Source of the DNA: Stegostoma tigrinum
Taxonomy: Eukaryota
DNA length: 64,000 nucleotides
Direction: 5' to 3'
Assembly: GCF_030684315.1 (NCBI RefSeq)
Contig: NC_081360.1
Span: 36,749,818-36,813,817 of the forward strand
Shown here one piece after another: positions 14,801-27,089 of the stretch (positions are counted from its first letter, which is position 1; each line of letters opens with the position of its first letter). Both the position numbers and the translations under genes were made by a program. Under the pieces are notes generated by a model. It was given only the letters and a program-made list of their open reading frames with translations, was not told the DNA's origin and did not search any database.

Positions 14801-17800
14801 TTGGTGCTCGGGTGTGGGGTCATGATCGAGGGGGCGGTAGGAGGTGGTGTCGGAGAGTTGGTGTTTGGCCTCGGCGATGTAGAGGTCAGTGCGCCATACT
14901 ACCACTGCGCCGCCCTTGTCTGCGGGTTTGATGGTGAGGTTGGGGTTGGAGCGGAGGGAGCGGAGGGCTGCCGTTCTGAAGGGGAGAGTTTGGAGTGGGT
15001 GAGAGAGGTTGAGGCGGTTAATGTCTCGATGGCAGTTTGAGATGAAGAGGTCGAGGGAAGGTAGGAGGCCTGGGGGTGGTGTCCAGGAGGAGGACTTGTG
15101 TTGGAAGCGGGAGAAGGGGTCAGTGGAGGGAGGGTTAGGTTCCCGGTTGAAGAAGTAGGCATGGAGGTGAAGGCGGCGGAAAAACTGTTCTATGTCCAAC
15201 CGTGACTGGTATTCGTTGATGTGTGGTTGTAGGGGGACAAAGGTGAGCCCTTTGCTTAGGACTGACTGTTCGTCCTCAGTTAGTGGAAGGTCTGGGGGAA
15301 TGGTGAAGATGCGGCAGGATTCAGTGTGGCAGTCTTCTCTGGGGTTGCTGGCTGTGGAGGTTGTGGGCGGAGCAATGAGGTTGTCAGCCGTGGGCGGGGT
15401 TCCGTCGGCCGTGGGCAGGGTTCCGTCAGTGTCGGCTGTGGGCAGGGTTTCGCTTTGCAGAACACCTCCGCTCAGTTCGCAATAAACAACTGCACCTCCC
15501 AGTCGCAAACTATTTCCACTACCCCTCCCGTTCTTTAGATGACATGTCCATCATGGGCCTCCTGCAGTGCCACAATGATGCCACCCGAAGGTTGCAGGAA
15601 TAGCAACTCATATTCCGCTTGGGAACCCTGCAGCCCCATGGTATCAATGTGGACTTCACCAGCTTCAAAGTCTCCCCTTCCCCCACCGCATCCCAAAACC
15701 AGCCCAGTTTGTCTCCTCCCCCCACTGCACCACACAACCAGCCCAGCTCTTCCCCTCCACCCACTGCATCCCAAAACCAGTCCAACCTGTCTCTGCCTCC
15801 CTAACCTGTTCTTCCTCTCACCCATCCCTTCCTCCCACCCCAAGCCGCAACCCCATCTCCCACCTACTAACCTCAACCCACCTCCTTGACCTGTCCGTCT
15901 TTCATGGACTGACCTATCCCCTCCCTACCTCCCCACCTATACTCTCCTCTCCACCTATCTTCTTTTCTCTCCATCTTCGGTCTGCCTCCCCCCTCTCCCT
16001 ATTTATTCCAGAACCCTCGCCCCATCCCTCTCTCTGATGAAGGGTCTAGGCCCGAAACATCAGCTTTTGTGCTCCTGAGATACTGCTGGGCCTGCTGTGT
16101 TCATCCAGCCTCACATTTTATTATCTAGGAATATCATCTGTTGTCTTTTCCCGACATGAGTGAATTTACAGAAGTTCGCACAATGTCATGGTGTTCTCCA
16201 TTGAACTGCTGTTTTTCTCACATGCTCCAGTTACTGACCTATCATTAGGTATACCTGGGTCTCTATTTGGCACAATTATTTGTGGATCTTCTATTAATCC
16301 TGGTACCTAATTCTCGCCAGTTGGAAAACATGGTGTTTGGCCTTGTTCTCCCATTAGGAAACCCGGTTCTGTTGTTTCCTGTCAACAATGGGTGGTTTTA
16401 GCAAAACAAATGCCTGGCACAACTGAAACTTTAATGCTAGCAATACTAGAAAACTTTGATTAGTTGAATAGGTTGGATTCTGTTATGCTAACAAAAATTG
16501 GCTCAGTTCTGGGTTGCTGCTGTGATTTTACCACAAATTTCTATGTCTATCACTTTTGATAGAAGTTGATCATTTATATATACTTCTTAACTTGTCTGCC
16601 CACAATAATTTAGTATGCTGAGAAATGATTGCAATTGCCGGTGTCTCAGTTACGGCTCTTACTTTTGATGGTGATTTGAGTAGTCCCTTAGCTTCAATAA
16701 CATAATAAATCTTTGAGGGAAGATTTCCTCACTCTAATCGTAATGTCCAAGTCTCTTCAGAGTAGCATCCAAATTGTGCAGATGCTGTTTCTCATTTCTC
16801 CCCATAAGTGAAATATTATCTGAGTAACACTGGACCCCTGTCAATCCACTTAAATCTGATGCCTGCCATGTTGGAATACTGCAGGTGCAGATGCGCTTCC
16901 AAATAGACGTCTCTTGTATTTGAATAGTCCTTTATGTATTACAATCATTAAATATTTCTGTGATTCAAAATCTGCATTCCTCAGAAGATAAACTTGACAA
17001 CGGTCAATTTTACTGAAAACTGGACCTTCAGCTAGTCCAACAGATAAGTCATTGCTTAAAGTCAAAGGATACTGTTCAGTACACTATACCATATTAATAA
17101 TGACCTCAAAGCCATTGCTAATGCAAATTGATCCATATTTCTTTACTGCTGATGAGAGATGTGGCCTAATCACTCACCTTTATGGTTTGGGCACTTCTGT
17201 TTGACCTGCCTCTGTAATTCTGCCTCAATCTCTGGTCTGATTGCATGTGACATTTTGCTTGATTCTCATCTTTGATTCTGAATTTGGCAGATATCTTTTC
17301 CATACTTCAGAGATCCCCATTGAAAACAATGGCACCTTTCTTTAGAATTTGTGATAGATCAGTCTCAGAACTTGACAAGAAACTTACTTCAACCCAGTTG
17401 AATTTGATTTTCTCTAACCATGTTCTTCTAACAAATTTGGAAGATGCCCTTTGATAATTTGTAAGCACAAATCTTCAGACTGACCGTGTAACTGAACATT
17501 CACATTGATACAATCCCTTAAAGGCACCACTTGGCCAATGCACAGTCTTAGGGCAATTTTTGAGGACTGCAATGCAATGTGACTCAGCCGCTTTTGATAC
17601 ACCATTTCAGGTATAAATGAAACTGCCAATCAAATGCTCATCTCTATTCTTCTCATTTTACCATTCAGTAAGGGGGTGACTGGATCTGGATTGGTGATAC
17701 CAGCAATGACCAATATGTTTAATAAGAGCTCCTCTTTCGACAGTGAGGTGGGACTTTACTCTACCTCTTTTGTGCCATGTAGATTTTCTTTCCACTCTTT

Positions 17801-20800
17801 ATATTCTGCACTTTTGCTGTACGTTGTTCATGTTTGTTTCTCATACAATCCAACGGGAGCCAGAATTTCGGTGATTTTTTTTAACAGGAGGAGACTGCAC
17901 AGCAGAAAGTACAACAAATGTTTTAGCGCTACCTTGCTTCTTCCCTTTTAAAACAAGATATTTCTGAGGCTACCTGTTTCTACTTAAGTGTATACCCATG
18001 TGCAAAACATTGCTCTTTTTGCAGGGTACTCGTTTATTCAGAGTTCCTTCAGGGTGGAGCATATGGTGAGTTTCTTCCGCAGTGTTCATCTCTTCCTTTG
18101 GTGAATTATTTTTCTTTTTAAAACAGTGTATTTTCCTCTTCATATTGATGTGTCTCGCAGATCTGCAATGAGGACCATGATTCTATTTTTGTTCTGACAA
18201 AGCACTGGATTCACCCAGTGGACCTTGAAGTATATCCCAACCTTGCCAACAGTTTTCTTCTTGAGTTACATTCCATGAAGGATCAGGAGGCTGAAATGTT
18301 AACTAACAACAACGGCTTTATTAAGGAAGTGTTCACTCTGCAGGCACCCAGGTAAGAATAAATTGTTTTCCACCCAAAATGGCTGATGATGTCATCATGT
18401 CATGTGATCTGACTTTTAAAGTGATCATCCACTATAATTACCAAATACACTGCATCCCTAAGGCAAGGAATGGAAATGGACAAGTGCAAGAGTTAGAACT
18501 GGCATTCAATGTGCAATTCCCCAGCAGCTCCATCCCTCCAACTGAACAATTTAAAGGTTTATAGGGGCTTCTTGTTAGAGGCCAACTGGGAATTTTCAAT
18601 TAGCCTTCAGGTGTGTGGAAGATAGGAAATCTGTACAGCTGCCTGGAGGCATCCATGGGTGTAATGATTGTAATGAGGTCAGCCAGGTGGACATCATAGA
18701 ATATGAGTTAAAAACTGAAAGAACTGTGGATGCTGTAACTCGGGAACAAAAAGACTGACTGCATCTGTGAGGGAAAAAAACGAATTTACATTTTGGGTTG
18801 ATTGGGGCTATTAATCTGGTCCAATTAGGGAGCCTTGGCTAACAGGTAAGTACAGGAGTGTTAGATGTCCTAATTATTCTAAGATCTAGATCAGTGTCAA
18901 GGACTCTCTGTGGAGTCATTTTAGTGATAATGAGAGAAAAGCACTCTCCTGGAGAAATTCACTCGCAACAATCATCTTTGAGTTGGGGAAGCAATTCTGG
19001 GATCATGCCATTATTTGAGAAGCTTGACCCGTTCAATCCTGCCATTGAAGACTGAAAATCCCACCTACATCTGATTTGAAACAGTTAAATTGCTTAGCAA
19101 CATCAGAAGCAATCAAAATAAGTGGCTGGTTGAATGGTTAGAGATGAAAAAACTGCAGCTGCTGGAATCCAAGGTAGACAGACAGGAGGCTGGAAGAGCA
19201 CAGCAAGCCAGGCAACATCTGGAGGAAAGCAGCAATCAACGTTTCAGGTCACCTGGTTCTAATGGAGGTCAATATCGGTGTGGCTGTCTCAGCTATTGCA
19301 GGACTAATCTTCAACAAAATTCATTCTGGGCTCCAACCCTTATGTTTTGCAAGAGCTCGGCTAGACTAAGAAGCTCTGCCAGGGAACCTTTACAGATTAA
19401 GGTACAACTTCAGTTATGGTCTTTTATGAGAAACAGTTGTTTCAGTTACCACTGATTGTAGAAAAAGGCTCTGGCTCAAGCTTGATGGGGCAAAATTGGT
19501 CGAGGTGATTAAATTTGATTCACTCAACAACTTTTGATTAGAAAATGGCTGCCTGAGTAAAGTCCTAATTAAATACCAAGACATTTTTCAGGAAGGTAGA
19601 CTAGGGTTTATCAAAGATCCAAGGCTATCTTGCATGTTAACCAGGAAGCAATTCCACAATTCTGCAAGGCCTGCCCAGGGCCATTGTCCAAGCAATAGTA
19701 GATGCAGAAATCAGAAGGCTGGAAAGCAAAGGAAACATCGAACCAGTCCAATTTGCAATATTGGCAGCACCGATCACACAGATTGTGAAACCAGAAAAAT
19801 TGGTTCACCTTTGTGAGGGTTTTAAACAAATGGTAAGCCACTTTTAGCAGCTGGATAAATATCCAATCACTACCAAAGAGGATTTATACGCAAAGCTGGC
19901 AAACGGGCTGTCCTTCACAAAACTGGATATAAGCCATGCAACACTGCAATTACAGTTAGATGAGAATTCCCAGAAGTGTGCTACAATTAATTCCTTTAAG
20001 GGTTTGTACTAGTATACGAGACTGCCATCTGGGGTGTCATCGGGCTATGCAATTTTTCAGTGGATGATGAAGGACATTTTATAATGTCTACCCCAAGTCG
20101 CCATTTATCTGCATGATGTGCTAATAACAGGGAAGACCAATAAGAAGCACTTTGAAAGCATGGACATTGTCCTTAGATGTTTCTCCCTAACAGATGTATG
20201 CCTTAGAAGGGAGAAATGTGTGTTCAAGGCATTCTAAATGACCTACTTGAACTTCAGAGTCAACCAAACTGAATAACACCCTTTGGAATATAACGTGAGG
20301 GTGTTCAAAGATGCCCTGGCTCCCACATCTGTACTGGAGCTTAGGTCTTTCCTTTATTAAGCAGCATAACAGGCACAACCCTTAAAATTTAAATATTGTA
20401 TCAGCCATGACCCCAAGTGCAGCTGAATCCTCTTCTTAAATCTTTTGTGGATGATCCTGCACAGTGGTCCAATTTATTTGTAGTTGTGGTGGAACTGCCC
20501 CATGTTGAATAATCTTGATGGCCTTCCTGGGCTGTCTAAATCCTGAAGGGTCATGGCATTCTGAGTGGCTCCAGTCATCACGGCTTCTCAATGTGTGGAT
20601 TTTATGGCAGAAAGGTTCAGGGTCTGATGTCAACAGCAGGATAGCCTGACAGACGACTCAGATATAGAATTCAGCTGCACCTTCTCCCATGGAAGATGAA
20701 CTTATTTCCATGCTGATTTAGGAAATGAGGGCTGGGAGATTGCAGATGCTCTCTTCTGCTCTCATCTTTCAGTATTCCTTAAAGCTCCTGGACAAGGTGA

Positions 20801-22699
20801 TGACATATGGGTTCATGCACACCTGTGGCATTCACTGCCAGATGTTCCCTTCCGTCATGCTACAACTAAGTGGCTGCAATGGTAGCGATGACTTCAGAAG
20901 CATGTCATCTACCTGAAGTTTCATCCTCCAACTCAGTGACTGTCACAGTCAAGATCCTCCTACTTTGTCTGCAAATCTCTGTAAATAGATACCCACTGAG
21001 GTGAGGTAGTACTTATGGGCTGGTGATGTGACAGTGCATTCTCTAAGGCTTCCTGCTACTCTTGAGAGGGTGTTTGTGCCCCCATGTCTCTCTAGCTTTT
21101 TGCCCTTTGGCTTGAGTGGACATGCAGATTAAAGGGTCATGGGCTTCCCATTGCTCTGTTCCAAGCAATTGTTAGTATGAAGCGCAATGTATCTGAATTT
21201 AATCACATGTTGCTGCACTTGTCCAATTACACTTGTGGCACCATTTCTATGGTTGGGGGTGCTTCCATGGCTACTGACTACCTCTACAAATTCTTTCTAG
21301 ACTTGCTTGATCAGTTTCCTCTTTGGAGACAGTAGGAACTGCCAATGCTGGAATCTGAGATAACAACGTGTAGAGGTGGATGGACTCAAGAGGCCAGGCA
21401 GTATCAGAGGAGCAGGAAAGCTGACGTTTCGGGTCTGGATCTTTCTTCAGACCCTTTCCTGAAGCAGGGCCCAGACCCAAAGCTCCTCTGATGCGGCCTG
21501 GCCTGTTGTGTTCATCCAGCTCTACACCTTGTTAATAAAATGTGAGGCTGGATGAACACAGCAGGCCAAGCAGCATCTCAGGAGCACTCCTGAGATGCTG
21601 CTTGGCCTGCTGTGTTCATCCAGCCTCACATTTTATTATCTTGGAATCTCCAGCATCTGCAGTTCCCATTATCTCTACACCTTGTTATCTCAGTTTCCTC
21701 TTCCTTGTTTTATCCCTTGGAAATAAAATCTCCAGCTTTGCCCTTGCAGCCTTGATAAAAGCCTACAAAGCCATGGTGTCACCTTTGTCTTCCTTCTGCC
21801 TTTGTGATACAGTTTTTCTTTAAATTCTTGGGATTCTAAGTAGGCTGTCACTATTAATAAGGGGTGGATAACATTTTACAAATTGTATCAACATTTGCAA
21901 TGCTATTACCTGATGTTGCCTTTGCATTCTCACTGTTCGGGTCCTATGTCACTTTGCTATAAATTGACTGGCAGACAGAATCTTGCATGTGCCTGAATGG
22001 TCGCAACCTGCAGCCTAGCTGCAACTATTTGTTAGTTTTAATATTGCCCACTTTTTATATTTTTATCTTCAGAGATATCAATAGCACTCTATATTTACCT
22101 ACAACACAAAACTTAGTGCTGTTTAACAAAAATCAATTTATTTAACAAGTAAAATATCTCAGAACTGTACCTGCTTTAAGGAATTCAGAAGGTATATCTG
22201 CCCCTAATTTTGAAGTTCCATCGATGTTGATTTCCAGATTAGCACGCCATATTTCTGAAAATCGTTTTCTTTTATCAGTTGGCATGTAGGCTCCATGCCA
22301 AAGTGCTTTCATAGTGTAGTCCACATTTATCAAAATTTGCCCAATTAGTGTATCATGATATGCTGGCGACAGGAGACATGTAGTACTACAATCATAGTTG
22401 CCATCTAAATAAATAGTTGGAACTTGGTTTAGAATATAAATACCTATCACCAATTCTCGCAAAATTTGTTGAACTTCTTTGTAATTCAATGGAGCATCTG
22501 GTGCCATAGGAGTTAGAATTACAGCACTGGAATAACTGAAGTCTTTCATTTGGCTTGAGAGCCCAGTAGGGTACTCTATTGGAAGGTGAAACTTATCAAT
22601 GGGCTGCAACCATGTACAGGAAGTTATGGTCAGCAATTCCTGTAGATCACTCAAGTTATATTTGCCAAGGACAGCACTTGCACTCATTTGCCCTGCCAT
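5721..22699 (-). CDS. ANKAR: Ankyrin and armadillo repeat-containing protein, 5' part (3 coding exons; gene presumably continues beyond left edge)
   Basis: Exons 22699-22171, 11855-11418, 5884-5721 join in frame via GT-AG (377 codons). Peptides ILRELVIGIYILNQVP, YHDTLIGQILINVDYTMKALWHG, DPTYDPN, YQRLQQRL, KTERELPP, YFHLHGGIEFDI match the ANKAR N-terminal region as I recall it; neighbour of ASNSD1 as in other vertebrates. Confidence 0.9.
7428..7645. mobile_element. Short fold-back element derived from Penelope terminus
   Basis: Inverted arms; 14-bp TSD agagctatgaggtt 7414-7427 / 7646-7659. Confidence 0.85.
9705..9859. mobile_element. Short Penelope-terminus element
   Basis: TSD cctatttctca 9694-9704 / 9860-9870. 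Confidence 0.85.
9804..9831 (-). ncRNA. Minimal hammerhead ribozyme core in short Penelope derivative
   Basis: Identical intact core CTGATGAAGGGTCTAGGCCCGAAACGTC. Confidence 0.65.
11418..11855 (-). CDS. ANKAR: ANKAR second coding exon (438 nt, phase 1-1)
   Basis: Acceptor tgcag|GCCTT, donor TCTG|gtaaag; GLIDISTDPDY...SRLLPPFS. Confidence 0.9.
12663..16124 (-). mobile_element. Penelope-like retroelement (RT + GIY-YIG), 5'-truncated, with inverted copy of its 3' end; disrupted
   Basis: ORFs 14042..15508 (KPADKGG, PKIHK, GRPIVS, TMDVQSLYT, KGVAMG) and 13017..13886 (VVYCIHC..LYIWETKR..RFAEH); ~15451-16124 is the reverse complement of ~12695-13370; TSD ctagga(a/t)atcatctgt-type at 12646-12662 and 16125-16141. 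Confidence 0.92.
12760..12787 (-). ncRNA. Minimal hammerhead ribozyme core in Penelope terminus
   Basis: Identical intact core; inverted partner at 16034-16061 (+) ends GAAACATC. Confidence 0.7.
18660..20360 (+). mobile_element. Decayed Gypsy-type LTR retrotransposon fragment
   Basis: TGTAAT-starting LTR-like region, gag start MPLFEKLDPFNPAIED, RT remnants (EDLYAKLA..LSFTKLDISHA) with many stops. Confidence 0.6.
21324..21689. mobile_element. Nested pair of short fold-back Penelope derivatives
   Basis: Outer TSD tcagtttcctctt 21311-21323 / 21690-21702; inner element 21535-21672 with TSD ctctacaccttgtta 21520-21534 / 21673-21687. Confidence 0.8.
22171..22699 (-). CDS. ANKAR: ANKAR first coding exon
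   Basis: ORF 22142..22699; in-frame TAA just upstream of ATG 22699; acceptor tttgtag| at 22770; donor GCAG|gtacag after 22171. Confidence 0.9.
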
Positions 22700-23444
22700 T
22701 CTAGTTGGTGCGTTTTAGTTTTCTAGAGAAATGCAGATTAGCAAGTCTTCATTTTCCACCAACTTCCTCCTACAAAGTAACAGTCCAGTTTTAGTGTATT
22801 AGTAGTAAAACATTTTATTTTCTTGTAATGTTTATAAAATATTTCCTAAACCAGTTATGTTGTTAATCATGAAAGTAAATTATATTAGGCCTTTGATATG
22901 AATAACAAAAAATAAGGAATTAAAATGATTTTAGTTGCAGGCATATCAGGACAGCTTAGTCATATGAAGTGCACATCCTAAGCCATATGGAGACTTGTAG
23001 ACATTTCCTGTCACCTTAATGGTGTGCAGGACATGAGTCTCCAGCTGCAAAGACTTGAACAATGGGTTCTAGAACTGAAACAGAGTTCAGTTGTGTGTAA
23101 GAGTACTTATGGATATGAAAAAAAATCAAATTGGAACAGAATAAGAGGCTTTTGTGTTGTAGTGGTAGTTTCACTACGTCGAGCAGGAGGCCCAGATTCA
23201 AGTCCCACCTGCTCTATAGACGAGTTATAACATCTCCGAACAGGCCGATTAAAAAATATCTAGAACTGGAACAAAGATTATTTTCACTATGGTACACTTA
23301 TGGGCAGTACTGCACACTTGGGTGGTAGAATCGAAGTCTCGGAATTCATTCTAAATAGTGTTAAAAACCCAATAACACAAGAGAATGTAAAAAGATTAAA
23401 GAAAAAGATTATTGTTGAAGAGAAAATTATTTAAACAAAGTCAA

Positions 23445-23638
23445 GGAAACAAAGTGTGGGGCTGGATGAACACAGCAGGCCAAGCAGCATCTTAGGAGCA
23501 GAAAAGCTTTTCTGATGAAGGGTCTCGGCCCGAAATGTCAGCTTTTGTGCTCCTGAGATGCTGCTTGGCCTGCTGTGTTCATCCAGCCCCACACTTTGTT
23601 ATCTTGGATTCTCCAGCATCTGTAGTTCCCATCATCTC
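23445..23638. mobile_element. Short fold-back Penelope derivative
   Basis: TSD tttaaac(a/t)aagtcaa 23430-23444 / 23639-23653; hammerhead core 23512-23539. Confidence 0.85.
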
Positions 23639-24949
23639 TTTAAACTAAGTCAATATTTTTTAATTTAAAAAAAAATAGCTTTATGTATCACGTACATACG
23701 CAAGCAGAATCTGTAAAAAAAGAATGTGGTCAGAATTTATCATTGCGCTGTTGGTGTCATGAAACACTTAAATATTAAAAGATATTAAACATTCAGGAAG
23801 GATAGACAAAAAGGAAAAGAAGCTGGGTAAGTCTAGTAGTAAGGAACAGGATCAGTACAACAGTTAAGAGAGGATCTCTGAGTGGAAGACTAAGAAGGAG
23901 AATCAGTTCAGGTGGAGGTAAGAAACAGCAAGGGTCAACAATTATTAGTAGGAATGGCTTGTAGGCCACAAAACAATCATGGTCATGTAGAACATGGTAT
24001 AAATCAGGAAATTAAAGGAGCATGCACCATGGGGAAATGCAGCAATCATGGATGATTTTAATGTACAGAAAATTGGGGAAATTTCAATGTGTTCAAGATG
24101 GTTTTCTGGAGTAATATGTTGAGGAACCAACAAGGGCAGACTATCTTAGATGAAGTATTATGAGATAAGAAAGGGCTAATTAATGAGCTTGTTGTAAAAT
24201 AAGCTTTCGGGAAAAGTGAATGTGGCATGATAGAGATTTCAATAAAGTTTGAAAAAGATGGAGGACAATTTAAAACTGGGATCTTAAATCTAAGTGAGCA
24301 ATTATCAAGGTATGAGGAGGAAGGTGGTTATGGTAGGTTGGGAAAATATGTTAAAGCATTTAATACTAGATAGACAATGGCCAGTTTTTAAAGAATTAAT
24401 GCTCATTTTTCAAATAAAAACATGCATTCCTTAGGTCAAAATTACCCAGCAAGCAAAGTGAGACAGCTGTGGCTGATCAAAGGGAAAAGCTTACAAAGTT
24501 ATGAAAAAGAAATGATTGAGCCTGAGGATTTGGAGAATTTTAGAACTTGAAAAGGAGAACCAAGAAATTTATAATGAAAGAGGAAATAGATTATGAGCAT
24601 GAACAGCAAGGACTGTGAACGATTCTACAGGTATGTAAAAATGAAAAGATGAGCAAAGACAAATATGAGTCCATTACAGGCAGAGACAGGAGAATTTATA
24701 ATGGAAAATTGACAAAAAGCAGAGAAGCGTGAACCTTATGGGGACATGAACAACAGAGGCTACGGTGAGAAATGTGGCAAAATCACACAAGAAATGCAGC
24801 AAGGTCTATCACTACATCAGAATCAATTGGCTGCATCTTTTAACCCAGTTCTGGTGTTGAGGCGTGATTGTTGCTAATATTAGGGATTATTGGTTGTTAA
24901 TGATCTATTAACTGCAATTCTTGTTTCGTTAATATGTAGCTTAAGTAGA

Positions 24950-25256
24950 TAGATAGAATTCCGACAGTGTGGAAACAGGTCCTTTGGCCCAACAGGTCCA
25001 CACCAAACCTCAGAGCATCCCACCCAGACCCAACTCCCTGTAACCCACCCTAAACACAATGAGCAATTCAACATGGCCAATCCACCTAACCTGCACATCT
25101 TCGGACTGTGGGAGGAAACTGTAGCACCCGGAGGAAACCCGTGCAGACACAGGGAGAGTGTGCAAACTCCACACAGACAGTCACCTGAGGGTGGAATGAA
25201 ACCCGGGTTCCTGGTGCTGCGATGCAGCAGTCCTACCCACTGAACCACCATGCTGC
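24950..25256 (-). mobile_element. tRNA-derived V-SINE (HE1-like)
   Basis: tRNA-like head, V-domain (tgtgtggagtttgcac..tttcctccgggtgc..tttcctcccacagtcc), CR1-like tail; further copies ~55598-55910 (+) and ~59985-60252 (-). Confidence 0.75.
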
Positions 25257-27089
25257 TGTTCTTCCTATCCTATCACCAACTGCGCAAACTAGACATTGAG
25301 AATGCTCAACCAAGAAATCAGAGTGGGACCTAACAACTACAGCTCATCACTTGCTGAAAAGGATCTTCATGTTGGCACCAAGCACCAACATTTCAATGCG
25401 TGCTTCATGGCTACCAGCCACATGCAAATTTCAATTTGTTCTATCAATCACGAATCTTCTATTTGAATATTGAAAGCATATAGATAAATAATTTTAAAAT
25501 CTTCTTTTAATCTATTTTTTTCCCTATTCTGACCTTATTTCCTGTTATATTCTCATGTTTTATGCGGTGCCTTCCTGTCACACTCTGGTCATCACACCCA
25601 TGTTGCTGCTGTTCATTACTGCTTTGCACATATTCTCTAATTTTCCAAATCTCCCCTAATATAAAACCTCCTCCCCTCCATTCCACAAACTCCATCCTAG
25701 CTTAAGGTTCTCGTTTACAGTATGAGATTTTTAATTCATCCAGACACTAGCCCTGGTACATTTCAGGTGAAAACACAGTGTGAAGAACATGCTTCTTCTT
25801 TCCCAGTGTTAATGATTTAATATCCATTTCTCCCACAGCAATCTTTGAGCTATGCTTTCAGCTCTCTTGCCTTATTTACTGTCTGCCAAATCGCCCATAG
25901 TCCAGAGATTATTATATTTAAGTTTCTGCCTTTTAATTTAGCACTTGGCTGCTTCCTTAGCAGAACGTCATTGTCACACCAGATATGTTGCAGAGAAGTG
26001 CAGGAAATGCAAATATGTATAACAACTTTAGCCACTTGTAGGTTCCCAAGCATTCCAATTTAACAAAGTTTTGCTCTTAAAAAATGAAAATTAGCTTATT
26101 GCACATCTACTGTTGTAAGTAATTTCAATAAAAGTGGTAAAGTTATTAGCTTAAAATAGATATATAAAGATTAAATGTAGATACAGATAAAAAAATTATA
26201 AAAGTGAAACAAAAAAAAAATCAGTATCTTATTATAGCAGGCCTGGCTGGCATCAAGATTTCTGTTTCTGAAGTAAAAAGAGTTGAGGACCTGGAGTCAG
26301 AATGTAGAAGCTGCAATGGTTTCTGTAGCCACTTAGTTGGAGATGGACTGAACAGAACTAGTTAAGGGGTGGGAGAATGAAAAACCTTTATTCTGTTTTC
26401 ACGGTACTACCATAACTAATACAAACCAATGATGTTTATATCATGGATTTGGAGGATGAAATCCTTGCTTTGTTCAGCAAACAGCAATAGTCAATATTCT
26501 ATATTGAGTCAGTATGACACAATAGCTTATATCTAAATATCTGGTGAAATAAAAGCATACAGCTTCAATCGCTGTACTCAAAGTTGAAAGTGGAACACAA
26601 GTTGATGTCAACATGAGCACGGCACATGTTTTGCCTTGGCTGCTACATTTTAAATTATATCTCCAGGGTTGGTACCAATGTTGCTAGAGATGCTTTTGAC
26701 TTCATGCTATTGAAACTGAATTTGCTAAGGTTTCCATTGAAGTTGGCAAAGTACTGCAGTGCTGTTAGAGTTCTAATGGGCTGAAGCATCGGTGAGACTT
26801 CTAGAGTTGAGTTTGTTAGATCATCACTGCGTTTGATGGAACATCTTTGTTGACAGGAGTGTGACTGCAGCTGGTAAAACATTTCTGGGAAGTAACAGCG
26901 ATGGAGTAGTAAAGAATTGGTGAGGTTTGAAAGCAGTTGCTGAGTTGGTAGAGAACTACTGCAATTGGGTCAGTGCTATTGAAGCAGGCATAAGATCACT
27001 GAAGTTAACGAACTGTGACTGAGGTGGGTAAAATTTTGCCGAAGATGGCGTAATGTTTTACTGAAACTGAAAACTTGATGCTGAAGATG

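Larger units (their letters stand above)
12293..18450 (-). mobile_element. Decayed Gypsy-type LTR retrotransposon interrupted by the Penelope element
   Basis: Similar direct repeats at ~12293-12420 and ~18263-18420 (LTR-like); RT/protease remnants (VFSKID..YL, HKGLFKYKR.LFG.ASAPAVFQ) in 16850-17630. Confidence 0.6.
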
